Positions 24,940 through 38,189 of a stretch of DNA of 64,000 nucleotides are shown one piece after another. The stretch is from Octopus sinensis (lineage: Eukaryota): the NCBI RefSeq assembly GCF_006345805.1, contig NC_043001.1:118048001-118112000 (forward strand). Direction: 5' to 3'. The notes beneath the pieces are model-generated. The model saw nothing but the letters and a program-made list of their open reading frames with translations, was not told the origin of the DNA and ran no database searches. The position numbers and the translations under genes were made by a program. Position 1 is the first letter of the stretch, and every line of letters begins with the position of its first letter.

Positions 24940-27900
24940 TGCAAGCTTTCTTTTCAGGTACATGACACTGCTGTCCCTCATCCCAGGGTCTCACAGGCCC
25001 ACACCTCCCACACCCTCAGAGTGGGCACACTGAAAGGTAGGTCTGGTGAGATTGTTGAGATGCTTGAACGGAGACATGCAGATTTGTGCTGCATCCAAGA
25101 AGTAAGGTGGAGAGGAGGTTCCGCTAAATTCCTCACAGGCAAAGAACACAAGTACAAGATTTTCTGGGCAGGGAACACTGACGGGGTCGGAGGCGTGGGT
25201 ATACTTCTTGCAGAGAAATGGGTTGATAAGGTAATTGAGGTAGTCAAGTATGTGACAGAGTACTTAAGATTAGATTAGATTAGTGCTTCATCATAGGTCA
25301 GCTACCATTATCTTGGCCTATGCCCCTCAACCGGGGCTACCGGAAGGGTAGAAAGACCGATTCTATGATACCCTATTGCAGACTACCTTGTTGACAAATG
25401 ACAGGGACCTTCTCTTTGTGGCTGGTGACTTCAATGGACATGTTGGTCGGCATGTCGGGGTCTTCCTTGGCATACATGGAGGCTACGGTCTTGGTTCTAA
25501 CAATGAGGAGGGAATCAGGCTGCTGGAGTTCTGCGATGCAAATGATCTTATGGTCTGCAATACCAACTTCAGGAAACCCACCTCTCATCTAGTCACCTAC
25601 CGTTCTGGCAGACACACTAGCTAAACTGACTACATCCTCGCCAGAAAAAGGAAAAGAGGGCTGCTTATAAATGCCAAAACCTTCCCAGGCGAAGAATGTA
25701 CCCCTCAACATAGATTTAGCGACTTCAGGATCAGAGCTAAATGGATGCCCAGAAGACCAGCTTGGAGAAGGGTCTGGAAGCTTAAAGATCCTGCAAATGG
25801 ACAGAAATTTAGAAACGTATTACTCGAAGCCTTCGATGAAATACAAGGGGATATAGCATCACAACTGGAGGTTTCTACGGGACAACCTGCTGAGAGCACT
25901 GACCAGATCTGTGGATGGTGCAAAGTCCCATATCAATCCAAGGTAACATGGTGGTGGAACAATGTGGTTGACAGAGCATTTAGACAAAAGAAACAGGCTT
26001 GGAGGGACTGGAAGAATGGAGGTAGCAGGGAATTGTATCAGACTGCCAGAAGAGAAGCTAGGAGACAGGTTTATTTAGCCAGAGGGGAAGCAGATAAGAA
26101 AAAATTTGCCAATGTTTTGCGTCGTGAGGACCAAAGACTTGAAGTATTTCGTGTTGCAAGACAGTATGTGAGAGAGAATCGTGATGTGGTTGGAGAGAAA
26201 TATGAGGATGCAAAGAGAGAGGTTTGGAAACGCCACTATGAAAGGATGCTCAATAAAGAGAATGAATGGGAGAAAGAGAGTTTGCCGAATGTCTACCCAA
26301 CACAGGGACCAGCTATCCAAATTGACAGTACTTTGGTAGTTAAAGCAATCAAGAGTATGAAGGCAGGGTAAGCCCCCGGCCCATCAGGAATCACTGCAGA
26401 GATGCTCAAAATATCTGGCAGTGTCGGCTATAGCACAGTCACCCGTATAGTTAACCAGGTGATACACGAAGAAGTCATACCCAATGACTGGTGTAGCAGC
26501 ACCATAGTCAACTGCTACAAAGGTAAAGGTGACGCCTTAGATACAAATAATTACAGAGGTATCAAGTTGCTGAATCAGGTAATGAAGGTCACGGAGAGGG
26601 TCATAGCCCAACTAATTAGAGAAAGAGTCAGTTTAGATGAAATGCAGTTTGGGTTCGTGCCAGGGAGAAGTACTACTGATGCTATATTCCTGGTAAGGCA
26701 GCTGCAGGAGAAATAACTAGCAACAGATAAGCCTCTGTACCTGGCTTTCGTTGACATGAAGAAAGCCTTCGACAGGGTCCCCCGATCCCTTATCTGGTGG
26801 TCAATGAAGAAACTAGGGATAGATGAATGGTTAGTGAGAGCTGCGCGAGCCACGTACAGGGATGCTGTTAGTAAGGTGAGGGTTGGCAACGAGTACAGTG
26901 AAGAATTCCAGGTAGAGGTAGGGATCCACCAAGTTTCAGTCCTCAGCCCCCTCCTATTTATCATAGTTCTCCGGGTAATAACAGAGGAATTCAAGACAGG
27001 ATGCCCCTGGGAGCTTCTATATGCTGATGACCTAGCTCTAATTGCTGAGTCACTATCAGAACTGGAGGAGAAGTTTCAGGTGTGGAAGCAAGGATTAGAA
27101 TCGAAGAGTCAACCTAGCTAAAACCAAAGTCCTAATAAGTAGGAAGGTAGACAAATCACAAACGCCTTCAGGTTGACAGCCCTGCTCAATCTGTAGAAAA
27201 GACATAGGTAGAAACTCTATAAGATGTGCCAACTGCAAGCTATGGACACATAAGAGGTGTAGCAATATCAAAGGAAGGCTAACTAGGAAGATAGTTTTTG
27301 TTTGTGGCAGATGCTCAGGAGCAATAAACACTGAAAATGTGCAGAGAACAACTTCCGCCACATTCCAGGGAGAAAAAACTAGAAATAGTTGATAGCTTCC
27401 GTTACCTAGGTGACCAAGTCAGTAGCGGGGGCAGGTGTGCTGAAAGTGTAACTGCTAGAGTAAGAATAGCTTGGGCAAAGTTCAGAGAGCTCTTACCTCT
27501 GCTGGTGACAAAAGGCCTCTAGCGCAGAATAAAAGGCAGACTGTATGACGCATGTGTACAAACAGCCATGCTACATGGCAGTGAAACATGGGCCGTGACT
27601 GCTGAGGATATGCATAAGCTCTCAAGAAATGAAGCCAGTATGCTCCGATGGATGTGTAATGTCAGTGTTCATACCCGACAGAGTGTAAGTACCTTGAGAG
27701 AAAAGTTGAACCTAAGAAACATCAGTTGTAGTGTGCAAGAGAGACAATTGCGCTGGTATGATCATGTGGCGAGAATGGATGAAGATAGCAGTTGAGGGAA
27801 CCTGTGGAAGAGGTAGACCCAGGAAAACCTGGGACGAGGTGGTGAAGCATGACCTTCGAACATTAGGTCTCACTGAGGCAATGACTAGTGACTGAGACCT

Positions 27901-29033
27901 TTGGAAATATGCTGTGCGTGAGAAGACCCGGCAAGACAAGTGAGGCCATAACCTGTGGTCTCTACCTGGGATGTAGCCAGCCCACTTATGCATACCTTTC
28001 CTTCTTGGGGCACAAAACTCTGCTTGTGAAGACCTGTTGCGGCAAGTGAAATTGGAATCAAAATCAAAATCGCTCAAAAAACAATGGAAATTCAAATTGT
28101 GATACCAGTGCCGGTGGCACGTAGAAGAACCATCCAATCGTGGCCGTTGCCAGCGCCCCCCAACTGGCCTCCGTGCCGGTGGCACGTAGAAGAACCATCT
28201 GATCGTGGCCGTTGCCAGCGCCCCCCCAACTGGCCTCCGTGCCGGTGGCACGTAGAAGAACCTCCGATCGTGGCCGTTGCCAGCGCCCCCCAATGGCCAC
28301 CGTGCCGGTGGCACGTAGAAGAACCATCCGATCATGGCCGTTGCCAGCGCCCCCCAACTGGCCTCCGTGCCGTGGCACGTAGAAGAACATCCGATCGTGG
28401 CCGTTGCCAGCGCCCCCCAAATGGCCACCGTGCCGGTGGCACGTAGAAGAACCATCCGATCATGGCCGTTGCCAGCGCCCCCCAACTGGCCTCCGTGCCG
28501 GTGGCACGTAGAAGAACCATCCAATCGTGGCCGTTGCCAGCGCCCCCCAACTGGCCTCCGTGCCGGTGGCACGTAGAAGAACCATCCGATCGTGGCCGTT
28601 GCCAGCGCCCCCCAACTGGCCTCCGTGCCGGTGGCACGTAGAAGAACCATCCGATCGTGGCCGTTGCCAGCGCCCCCCAAATGGCCACCGTGCCGGTGGC
28701 ACGTAGAAGAACCATCCGATCATGGCCGTTGCCAGCGCCCCCCCAACTGGCCTCCGTGCCGGTGGCACGTAGAAGAACCATCCGATCGTGGCCGCTGCCA
28801 GCGCCCCCCAACTGGCCTCCGTGCCGGTGGCATGTAAAAAGCACCAACCGATCGTGGCCGTTGCCAGCCTCGCCTGGCACATAAAAAGCACTCACTACAC
28901 TCAGTGTGGTTGGCGTTAGGAAGGGCATCCAGCTGTAGAAACACTGCTACATCAGACTGGGCCTAGTGCAGCCTCCTGGCTTCCCAGACCCCAGTCAAAC
29001 CGTCGAAAAGCGGACATTAAACGATGATAATGA
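24940..29033 (+). mobile_element. Near full-length RTE-clade LINE (APE endonuclease + RT), inactivated
   Basis: LRVGTL..CCIQEVRW, VAGDFNGHVG, CNTNFRK, NYRGIKLL, QFGFVPGRSTTDAIF, DMKKAFDRVPR, ELLYADDL, MLHGSETW; several stops and frameshifts; 3' UTR with VNTR and GATGAT tail. Confidence 0.95.
28108..28870 (+). repeat. 63-66-bp GC-rich tandem repeat, 11 full units plus one divergent unit
   Basis: Unit GTGCCGGTGGCACGTAGAAGAACCATCCGATCGTGGCCGTTGCCAGCGCCCCCCAACTGGCCTCC; starts at 28108, 28173, 28239, 28302, 28367, 28430, 28495, 28560, 28625, 28690, 28756, 28821. Confidence 0.95.
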
Positions 29034-29159
29034 TATACACATACGTATACATATATAGACATACATACACATATATATCCATACACATTTTATATATATA
29101 TATATGTGTGTGTATAATATATATATATATATATATACATACACACACACACACACATA

Positions 29160-30480
29160 CTAGCTGTTGGATCTAGCATTGCCCATGTTTTTCGCGTTGA
29201 AATTAACCCCACCCTAAGCCCACATCTGACATTGCATTGAAATCTACGTTCCCCATGCAAACCATTACCCGTTAAGATGAAGATGTTATATCTGGTTTGG
29301 CAGGGATTTTACCCAGTTGACTTTCAAAATACTACTACATACTGGACCGTCTGAAGTTACAGTCAAAATTTGGGTGTACCTCGACCCATTGCAAGTGATG
29401 TTTGTTTCTTTCTCTCCACTTAATGCCAGCCTTTGTACAAAGTTGTTCAGCGTGTCCACTCTCAGCAAAACCCGAAGCAATGTGTTAAGGTTATGTCATA
29501 AAATAGAATCCATGTGACCATTTACATGAAAATATTCCATTGGCTTTTAAATCCCAATACCTTATATGAATAATCAATGTTTCATATGTCGAAGTGCTTA
29601 ATTTTAATCATGGGTCAATTTTCTTCAAAATTAATTTAGTAATTTATTGTGAGTGAATTTTGACGATTTCTGCCTTTCACCAGTTTAATTTTAATTATAC
29701 TACATGACTCCAACCACAAACTTTACCTAAATGTCAAATTTCATCAAAATCGGATGAATCCTGTAAAAGTTACAGCATAAAATATTAATCCTATGGGTAA
29801 TTGCATACAAAAAGCCAACTGATTTCTTAAAATTGCCCACTCATGCACAATTATAGATTTTTTGTTAACTCTTTATACTGGCATCAACTAATGGACATGA
29901 ACTGTAATCACGTACAAAATCGATGAGAATGTCTCTAAAGAAATGCTTATTTGCATTTGTACCCTTTTCAAGCACTTTGACTGAAATAAACACCTTTACT
30001 GTCTCCCCCACCACAAAATTTACCTATATCTCAAATTTCATTAAAATTGGATATAAAAACATAAGAGTGATGGCCAAAAATAAAATCCCTACAGGTATTT
30101 GCACACAAAATGCCTATTGATTTTTATAAAACCACTGCTCAGGTGCAATTATCAATTTTTTGTCAATGCCATATACTGACATCAACGCACTGCCATGAGC
30201 CTCACTCATTCATCAATTTTCATCAAAATTGGACAAAAAATGCAGAAGCTGCAAGAAAAATAACATCGTTCTGGGAATTTCCATTCAAACGCCCAACTGA
30301 GCTCACAAAAATCAATGCCAACTGAGTATTATCAAGTTTTTGAAATATTTGAACTTCAGGGCAAGTGATCTACCTATGTGCCAAAAATCATTAAAATCAG
30401 TTGGATGGTGTGAGAGGAGTTAGGGTAACGCCAAACACACACACAGACACTATTACACATTTATGTATGTATATATATAT
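29160..30480 (-). mobile_element. Non-autonomous Helitron-like element
   Basis: Minus-strand CTAG|T end at the left with degenerate hairpin; recurring CAAATTTCATYAAAATYGG motifs (29735, 30032, 30214, 30382); AC/AT microsatellite at the right end. Confidence 0.55.
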
Positions 30481-30662
30481 ATATATATAATTATTATTTG
30501 AGGGGATAAAATCCAAACTTGCAAGATGGTGTAATTTAATTGTTCATTTTGAATTGATAAAAGGTGTTTTTTTCTAATTTATATATATATATATATACAT
30601 ACATACATATATACATATATATACATATATACATATACACATATATACATATATATATACAA

Positions 30663-30893
30663 GGCGGCGAGCTGGCAGAGTCGTTAACACGCCGGGCGAA
30701 ATGCTTAGCGGTATCTCGTCTGCCGTTACGTTCAGAGTTCAAATTCCGCCGAGGTCGACTTTGCCTTTCATCCTTTCGGGGTCGATAAATTAAGTACCAG
30801 TTACACACTGGGGTCGATGTAATCGACTTAATCCGTTTGTCTGTCGTTGTTTGTCCCCTCTATGTTTAGCCCCTTGTGGGTAGTAAAGAAATA
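30663..30893 (+). mobile_element. Young MetaSINE-like tRNA-SINE
   Basis: GGCGGCGAGCTGGCAGA head, GTTCAAATTCC B-box, then GTCGACTTTGCCTTTCATCCTTTCGGGGTCGATAAATTAAGTACC (Meta-domain-like); CpGs intact. Confidence 0.8.
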
Positions 30894-31379
30894 TATATAT
30901 ATACATACATATATACATATATATACATATATATATATACATATATACATATACACATATATACATATATATATATACATATACATATATATACATACTA
31001 TATACATATACACATATATACATACATATATACATATACACATATATACATATATATATACATACATACATATATATATATATATACATATATACATACA
31101 TATATATATATATACATATAACATACATATATATTATATATACATATATACATACATATATACATATATACATATAATTATATTATATATATTATATATA
31201 TACATATATATACATACATATACATATATACATATACACATATATACATACATATATACATATATACATACATGTATAAACTTACTTGGAAATGGATGCG
31301 TGGTATTCAATCATATAATAATATAAATAATATATATATATATGCATATATACTTACATATATATTTGTTCATATGCAT

Positions 31380-31650
31380 ATATGGGTACAGGACATCATA
31401 AAACGTAAACAACATGAAATGCAAAAACATGGAATACGAACTTTTTTTTGCAAATAACAAAAGAAACAAATGGAAAACAAGACAAGTAACACAAAGAACA
31501 ACCCTTCATCAGTTGTCAGCTGTTTTATCTACTCAACATTTCAAGCAATTACAAAATGTGGTTTTCAGAAAACAGCTGCTCCTGCAAAGCAAAATAAAAT
31601 TTGGGATTTGCAGAGGGTCAAAGTTGGTAACAAAAACAGGACAGTGAAAG
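31380..31650. repeat. Unclassified interspersed repeat (related copy at 32455-32625)
   Basis: Both share CAGGAC.TCAT...AAACAAATGGAAAACAAGA...AAAGAAC.ACCCTTCATCAG.TGT. Confidence 0.6.
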
Positions 31651-31724
31651 CATATACATATATATACATACATATGCATGTATATATATATATACATACG
31701 CATATAATAATATATATATATACA

Positions 31725-31759
<35 letters not shown>

Positions 31760-31901
31760 TAATGTGCATATATACATATATGTACATACATCTATATATA
31801 TATATATATGTGCATATATACATATGTATGTGTGTGTTGTGGTGTGTGTATATATATATAATGTGCATATATACATTGTATATGTACATCTATCTATATA
31901 G

Positions 31902-31946
<45 letters not shown>

Positions 31947-32125
31947 GGCATATATACATATGTATGTGTGGGTGTGTGTGTGTGGGTGTGTGTGTATATA
32001 TATATATATAATGTGCATATTATAATATGTATATGTACATACATCTATAATATATATATATATATATATATATGTGCATATATACATATGTATGTGTTGT
32101 GTGTGTATATATATATATATATATA

Positions 32126-32388
32126 TGTGGAGGTGCAATGGCCTAGTGTTAGGCAGCGGACTCACGGTCGTAGGATCGCGGCTTCGATTCCCAGACCCGG
32201 GCGTTGAGTGTTTATTGAGCGAAAACACCTAAAAGCTCCACGAGGCTCCGGCAGGGGGTGGTGATCCCTGCTGTACTCTTTCACCACTCTTTCTTCTGTT
32301 GGCCTGCTCGCTTAGCCAGCGGGGTGGCGTCATTCAAAGGGTAAAACAATGTGAACGCATTGTAATCAGCGATGTGTAACAACAGCTG

Positions 32389-32390
<2 letters not shown>
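32126..32390 (+). mobile_element. tRNA-derived SINE, further family
   Basis: GTGGAGGTGCAATGGCCTAGTG head and GCTTCGATTCCC B-box-like; distinct body. Confidence 0.65.
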
Positions 32391-32446
<56 letters not shown>

Positions 32447-32621
32447 CATATGTGGGCATAGGACGTCATGAAATGTGTACAACAAAAAAATACGAAGTAC
32501 ACGTACATGGAAGAGGAACTATCGTTTCGAACAACAAAAGACACAAATGGAAAACAAGATAAATAACATAAAGAACGACCCTTCATCAGCTGTTGGGTCT
32601 TTTTCTACTCTCGTATTTCGA

Positions 32622-32658
<37 letters not shown>

Positions 32659-32939
32659 CATACATACATACATAGATATACGTGTGTATATATACATACA
32701 TACATACATATACACAAACATAAAAACTTACAGTTCAGTTGCTAACTGTAGAAAACATGGATAAAGAAATATAAAATAGTAAAGAAAATGTAATTCATGT
32801 ATTTCATTTTGCGTGTTACCCTGCTTACTAATCCACCTCCAGAATCAAACCTGATATTTTATAATATTTCAAATTGATCGAATAAATATTATGAACCCAC
32901 CCCACAAAAGATCTTAATCTGAACATGGAAAGAAACTTA

Positions 32940-33239
<300 letters not shown>

Positions 33240-33609
33240 TCATGACATTTTTGAAGATACGACAGTGTGTGTGTGTGTGTGTGAAGCTCAACAGCTTGCC
33301 AGTTCTGGTCAAGCCATCCAACCGATGCCAGTAATTTTAGAAAATATATTCCCAAAAGTAGTACAAAAGATAAATATAATGAAAGCTAGAAATGGATCTC
33401 TAGGTAGAGGGGTGTATTGTTCCAAGATACGCTCTTGGTAAAATCAGCAGATCGAGGAAGGGGAGGATAGGAAAGAGACTGTGAAAGTGGAGAGGTGGTT
33501 ACATGGTGTGAGAGGGTCAGGTTTTAGTAGAATTAAAGTAAAGGTAAACGCAATGAAATAGGTTAAAATATAAATTAAAAAATTAAGTACGATGATCATA
33601 TATATATAT

Positions 33610-34760
33610 ATATCATCATTATTAATGTCTGTATTCCATGCTGGTATTGGTTGGACAGTTTAACAGGAGCTGGTAAGGCCAGGGACCACACCAGGCTCCA
33701 TTGTCTGCTTTGGCATGGTTTCTATGGCAAGATGCACTTCCTAATGCCAACCACTTTACAGAGTATACTGAGTGCTTATTGTGTGGCACAGGCACCAACA
33801 GGGCCACCAAGTAACTTTCAAGACAAAAACTCCCTCAGCTGAGAGGGGTAGTAGTAGTGAGGGGGGTTGCTTTGTGCCAGTTGATAGATTACAGGTACAG
33901 AGGGACAGGGATAGGTGTCTTGTTGTAGAGTAGATACATGAATATTAAAGTTGAAAATGGAGGGTGAATTAGAGAGTAAGCTAAAAAGAGCAATAGTGAG
34001 AGAGATGGTGGTGAAGATGTATTGGGATATGCCTTCAAGGGACATTATGGATAGTTAGAATATGTGGATGATACGGAGGTTTGGACTGGGTGGGTGAACA
34101 GGAATGACGTGACGGAGGCAAATGATGGAGTGAAATATAAGAGAGGCTTGGGAGGAGCAAGGGTTATGGTAGGTACATAAGGGCATTAAGAGTGATAGCA
34201 GATAAGCAAAGCATTAATGATAGAGAACAACACAGGGAAGAGAAGGCATGGAAAGGACGGTAGACAGGGAAAGATAATAGGAAAAGGAAGTGGTTTACAG
34301 TAGAGAAGGAGGTAACTGACAAAGCAGGGGACTGTAGTATGGGCCTGTTCTGCTCTCAGATGATAGAAAAATAATGGGTGCTAGAGGATGAAAGGTGAGG
34401 GAAAATGGTTGACGGGGCAGAGAGGATACAGGTGAGCATGGGACAGAGGCCCTCACAGACAGGCACTGACCAAGATGGTTTAGGATAACACTTCTGCTGT
34501 GGTGGATAGGTCTTTTTGAGTACAGCAAGATGCCAGATATCTCGGTCCTTCATCTCCCTCATAAGGTTCAGTGTCTTGAGATAGGCCTTCAGTACTTTGT
34601 CCCATGTTTTCCTCTTTCACAAGTTCTATCCATTTTGAGATCAACACTTGTGTATGCAACTGTCCACATCCATGCACATCACATGACCAAACTAGTTTCG
34701 TTCCATTACTAAGCCAAACTGCATTTAATCATTTCTCTTCCTAATTAATTGGGCTATACC
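33610..34760 (-). mobile_element. Old RTE 3' end, apparently split by a purine-rich insertion (~33830-34470)
   Basis: Tail module at 33610-33810; RT C-terminal REMKDRDIWHLAVLKKT near 34500-34560. Confidence 0.5.
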
Positions 34761-34984
34761 TCTTCCTGTAACTTTCATGACCTGGTCCACCAAAGCTGAT
34801 ACTTCTGTACTTTTTTCTAAGGTATATATACAGGGAAGAAGTTCAACTCAGCCAGACTACGATTGGTGTCTTCATATACGGATTTAATAAAAAGAACTGT
34901 CTAAAACATATATTAATACATTCAAAATATATATAGAAATATAAAAATATATATGAATGTTAATGTTTTCCTGGGCCTACCTCT

Positions 34985-35420
34985 ACCACAGGCTCACTAA
35001 CTAGTGACTGAGACCTTTGGCGATATGCTGTTCTTGAGAAGACCCATCAAGCCAAGTGAAATTGTAGTCAGGGCTGATGCTGATGTTACATAAATGGCAC
35101 CCATGCCAGTGGCATGTAAAGAGCACCTTTTGAGCGATGGGCCTCACAGACACAATAACCAAGACCTTTGGCATCATGTCGTGCTTAAGAAGACCCATCA
35201 AACCAAACAAAATTCCAGTTATGGCAGATACTGGTGTCATGCCAGTGGCACATAAATGCACCCATTACACTCTCACAGCGGTTGGTGTTAGGAAGGGCAT
35301 TCAGCCATAGAAAATCATGCCAAATCAGATTGGAGCCTGGTGCAACCTTCCAGCTTACCAGCCCTGGTCAAACAGTCCAACCATGCCAGCAGGGACAACA
35401 GACATTAAATGATGGTGATG
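34985..35420 (+). mobile_element. RTE 3' end, divergent subfamily
   Basis: ACTAGTGACTGAGACCTTTGG (compare 27883) through GACATTAAATGATGGTGATGAT. Confidence 0.75.
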
Positions 35421-35687
35421 ATATTATACACACACATCCATCCATCCATCCATATATATATATATATATATATACACACCACACATGTATATATAAAGCA
35501 AATGAAGTGGTAAACCAAGAATCCAGAGATTTAAGGCCAAAACAGGAGCTATGGGAGATGATGAGAAAATCTAAATGCAAAGATGAATGAAATAAGATAA
35601 AGAAAAAACAGTATAAGATAGTATAAAGATTAAGTAAAATAGAAAATAGAATGAAGTTACATGCAAATCTATAATAGATAAGATGGA

Positions 35688-35728
<41 letters not shown>

Positions 35729-35899
35729 TGACCAAACATTATACTGATCTCACATAAAATCAATATTTCGTTCACACTTGGCAAACACATCAGTTATGTT
35801 CCACAGATGGTTTTACATTCTTTAGACTTTTCACTTATGGAGTAATGGGGCATCTAGGTAACTCTTTGCAAAGTAACGATCAGAAATTGATTGTCTTCC

Positions 35900-36715
35900 T
35901 TACACCAGAAGGTGTGTGTGTGTGTCACCTCACTCTCAGAGAAACATCCTACAACATCCATAAACTCAAACAGCACAATGCAGACAACAAGCCCCTTCTC
36001 AATTCCGATCAAACTGACATACACAATTTCATCCTTGGAAACATCTACACACATACACACACTTGCAGAATCATCATCTTAAACACACCTAGTGGAAGCG
36101 AAAATACATTCCTCTTGAATCTTCTTCTTGCGAAGTTGCAGCATAATGGTGACCTTGCTATTGCTGCTGCAGGAATAGCTTTGACTCTTCGCGACGGTGG
36201 ATGAACAGCATTGCTCTGCCTTCAAATTGCCTTTCAATGTAGCACATCGGAAACAACTCACCATCAACATGAGATCACTCCTACAAACTGGTCAGCCTAC
36301 AACCCAGCTTTTGGAAATGCTCTTTAAAATTGGCAATGGACAAATTACGTCCGATGACAATGGATACATTGACATTACTTCCACTGGCCACACTGTCTCC
36401 AGCCCTGATGACTTATGTACTGCCATTTACCCAAATCTTACAACAGAATGCATAAAACCAGATTGGCTTTGCGACAGGCCTGTTCTTGCACCTACAAATG
36501 CAGCTGTCAACACTCTTAACTACAACTTACTCAGTCGGCAACCTTCTCAAGAATGTTGTTACAGATCAGTTGACACCATTACTGACCTCGATCAGGTTAC
36601 ACACTTTCCAACAGAATTTCTCAACTCCCAAAATCCTCAAGGAACACTTAAAGTCGGTTGCCCTGCCATTCTCCTACGCAATCTAAACGCACTCACACCT
36701 TGCAATGTTAAGGAA
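35900..36715 (+). mobile_element. Helitron RepHel PIF1-helicase relic with internal deletion
   Basis: RETSYN..PLLNSDQ..LNTPSGSENTFLLNLLLAK (decayed Walker A), SAFKLP, LFKIGNG, LAPTNAAVN, FPTEFLNS, LKVGCPAILLRNLN. Confidence 0.85.
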
Positions 36716-36899
36716 AGTAGATAGGTAGGCAAGTCAGTAGGTAGGAAAGGAAGGAGAGAAGGTAGATGGATGGATGGATGGACATACATCTAGGGTGTCC
36801 ATAGCTTGCACTGGATACATCATTTGGAATTCTTGCCTACACCTTTCCTACATCGATGGTCCATCGAGCAGGACCATTTACCTGAACTGGGTATGGTCC

Positions 36900-37713
36900 T
36901 GCCAGTTTTCTTGCTGATGTTGTTCTGTCGTATGAGTCCATGCAAGCAATCCTAATGTCTGAATTGAATATTCAGTATGCCTCTGCTAAGTTTGTCCCCC
37001 ACCTGCTAACCACTGAGCAGAAAGAACATCGCATCAAAGTCTGTTAAGATCTCTGTCAGCATGCCGCTGATGACCCATTCTTCATATCAAGGATCATCAT
37101 AGATAATAAGAGTTGGATCTATAAGTACTACCTTGAGATGAAGCAGCAGTCATCACAAGGGAAGAGCTTTTCATTTCCATGATCAAAGAAGGCACGACAG
37201 AGCTGTACCTCAATCAAGAGAATGTTCATCGTTTTTTTTCAACGTCTGTGGTTTTGTGCATCAAGAATTCATCCACCAGGGTCAGACCATCAATCAAGTT
37301 CTGCTGTGATGTTTTGAAGTATTTGAAGGAGGACATTCAGTAATAGCAACCAGATCTTTGGAGCACAAAGAATTGGATTCTTCAAAACGATAATGCACCA
37401 TCACTGAGCTCCCCTCACTCGTGAATTTCTCAACAAAAACATGGTATCGCTTCCACACCCATCCTATTCACCAGATTTAGCACCTGTGGATGAAAATGTA
37501 GCTCAAAGGTCACCATTTTAACACTGTTGTCAAGAGCAAATTGCAGAAGGTCCTCAACTTGTGTACGGAAAACAACTTCCAAGCCAGATTCCAAAGGTGG
37601 CAGGGACGCTGGGACCGGTGAATTGCTGCACAAGATGACTATTTCAAAGGAGATGATGTTAAAACTTAGGTAAATAAGTTACTATTCTGGGAACTTTTTG
37701 ATACTACCTCATA
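36900..37713 (+). mobile_element. mariner (Mos1-like) transposase relic with right TIR
   Basis: AKFVPHLLTTEQKEHR, DPFFISRII, MKQQSSQ, GQTINQ, DNAP; ends GGGAACTTTTTGATACTACCTCATA. Confidence 0.8.
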
Positions 37714-38189
37714 AATACTACCCATAGTAACATCAATACTACATAGTATTCATGCATAAATGTCCTTAATTTATAGTATTGATACAGACATGTGAAAAAT
37801 AAAAAGACAAGACTTATCCAACACAAGATCTTGTCCTCCACTGATAGTGTTATCGAGGAAAATCCATACTCCATCATAGTCAAATGCGATTGAAAGCAAG
37901 ATAAAAACTGCATTAACCATGCAAATATAGAAAGCCAAGTTAATGTACCACAGTAACAATAGGGTTAATATTTTCCAGGATATTAAATGATTGTAGGTCA
38001 CACAAGTCTGAGTATTTTACCAAAGAGAACTCTTTGAATATAGATTTTAGTTAGAAAATTCTATAGATCACACGAATACCTCCAAAAATATACAGGTCAC
38101 AAATGGGCCTTAAATTGAGATAGTAAACAGACCCTGAAGAACTTGATTCAAAACAATAAAACCTTTTTAGGGTTTTTCAAATAAATATT

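Noticed and set aside
28108-28870. CRISPR-like array
   Set aside because: Units are contiguous with no unique spacers, no cas genes are present, and the context is a eukaryotic LINE 3' UTR.
27712-28944. 322-aa, 198-aa and other repetitive ORFs
   Set aside because: Products of the stop-poor 65-bp VNTR read in shifting frames.
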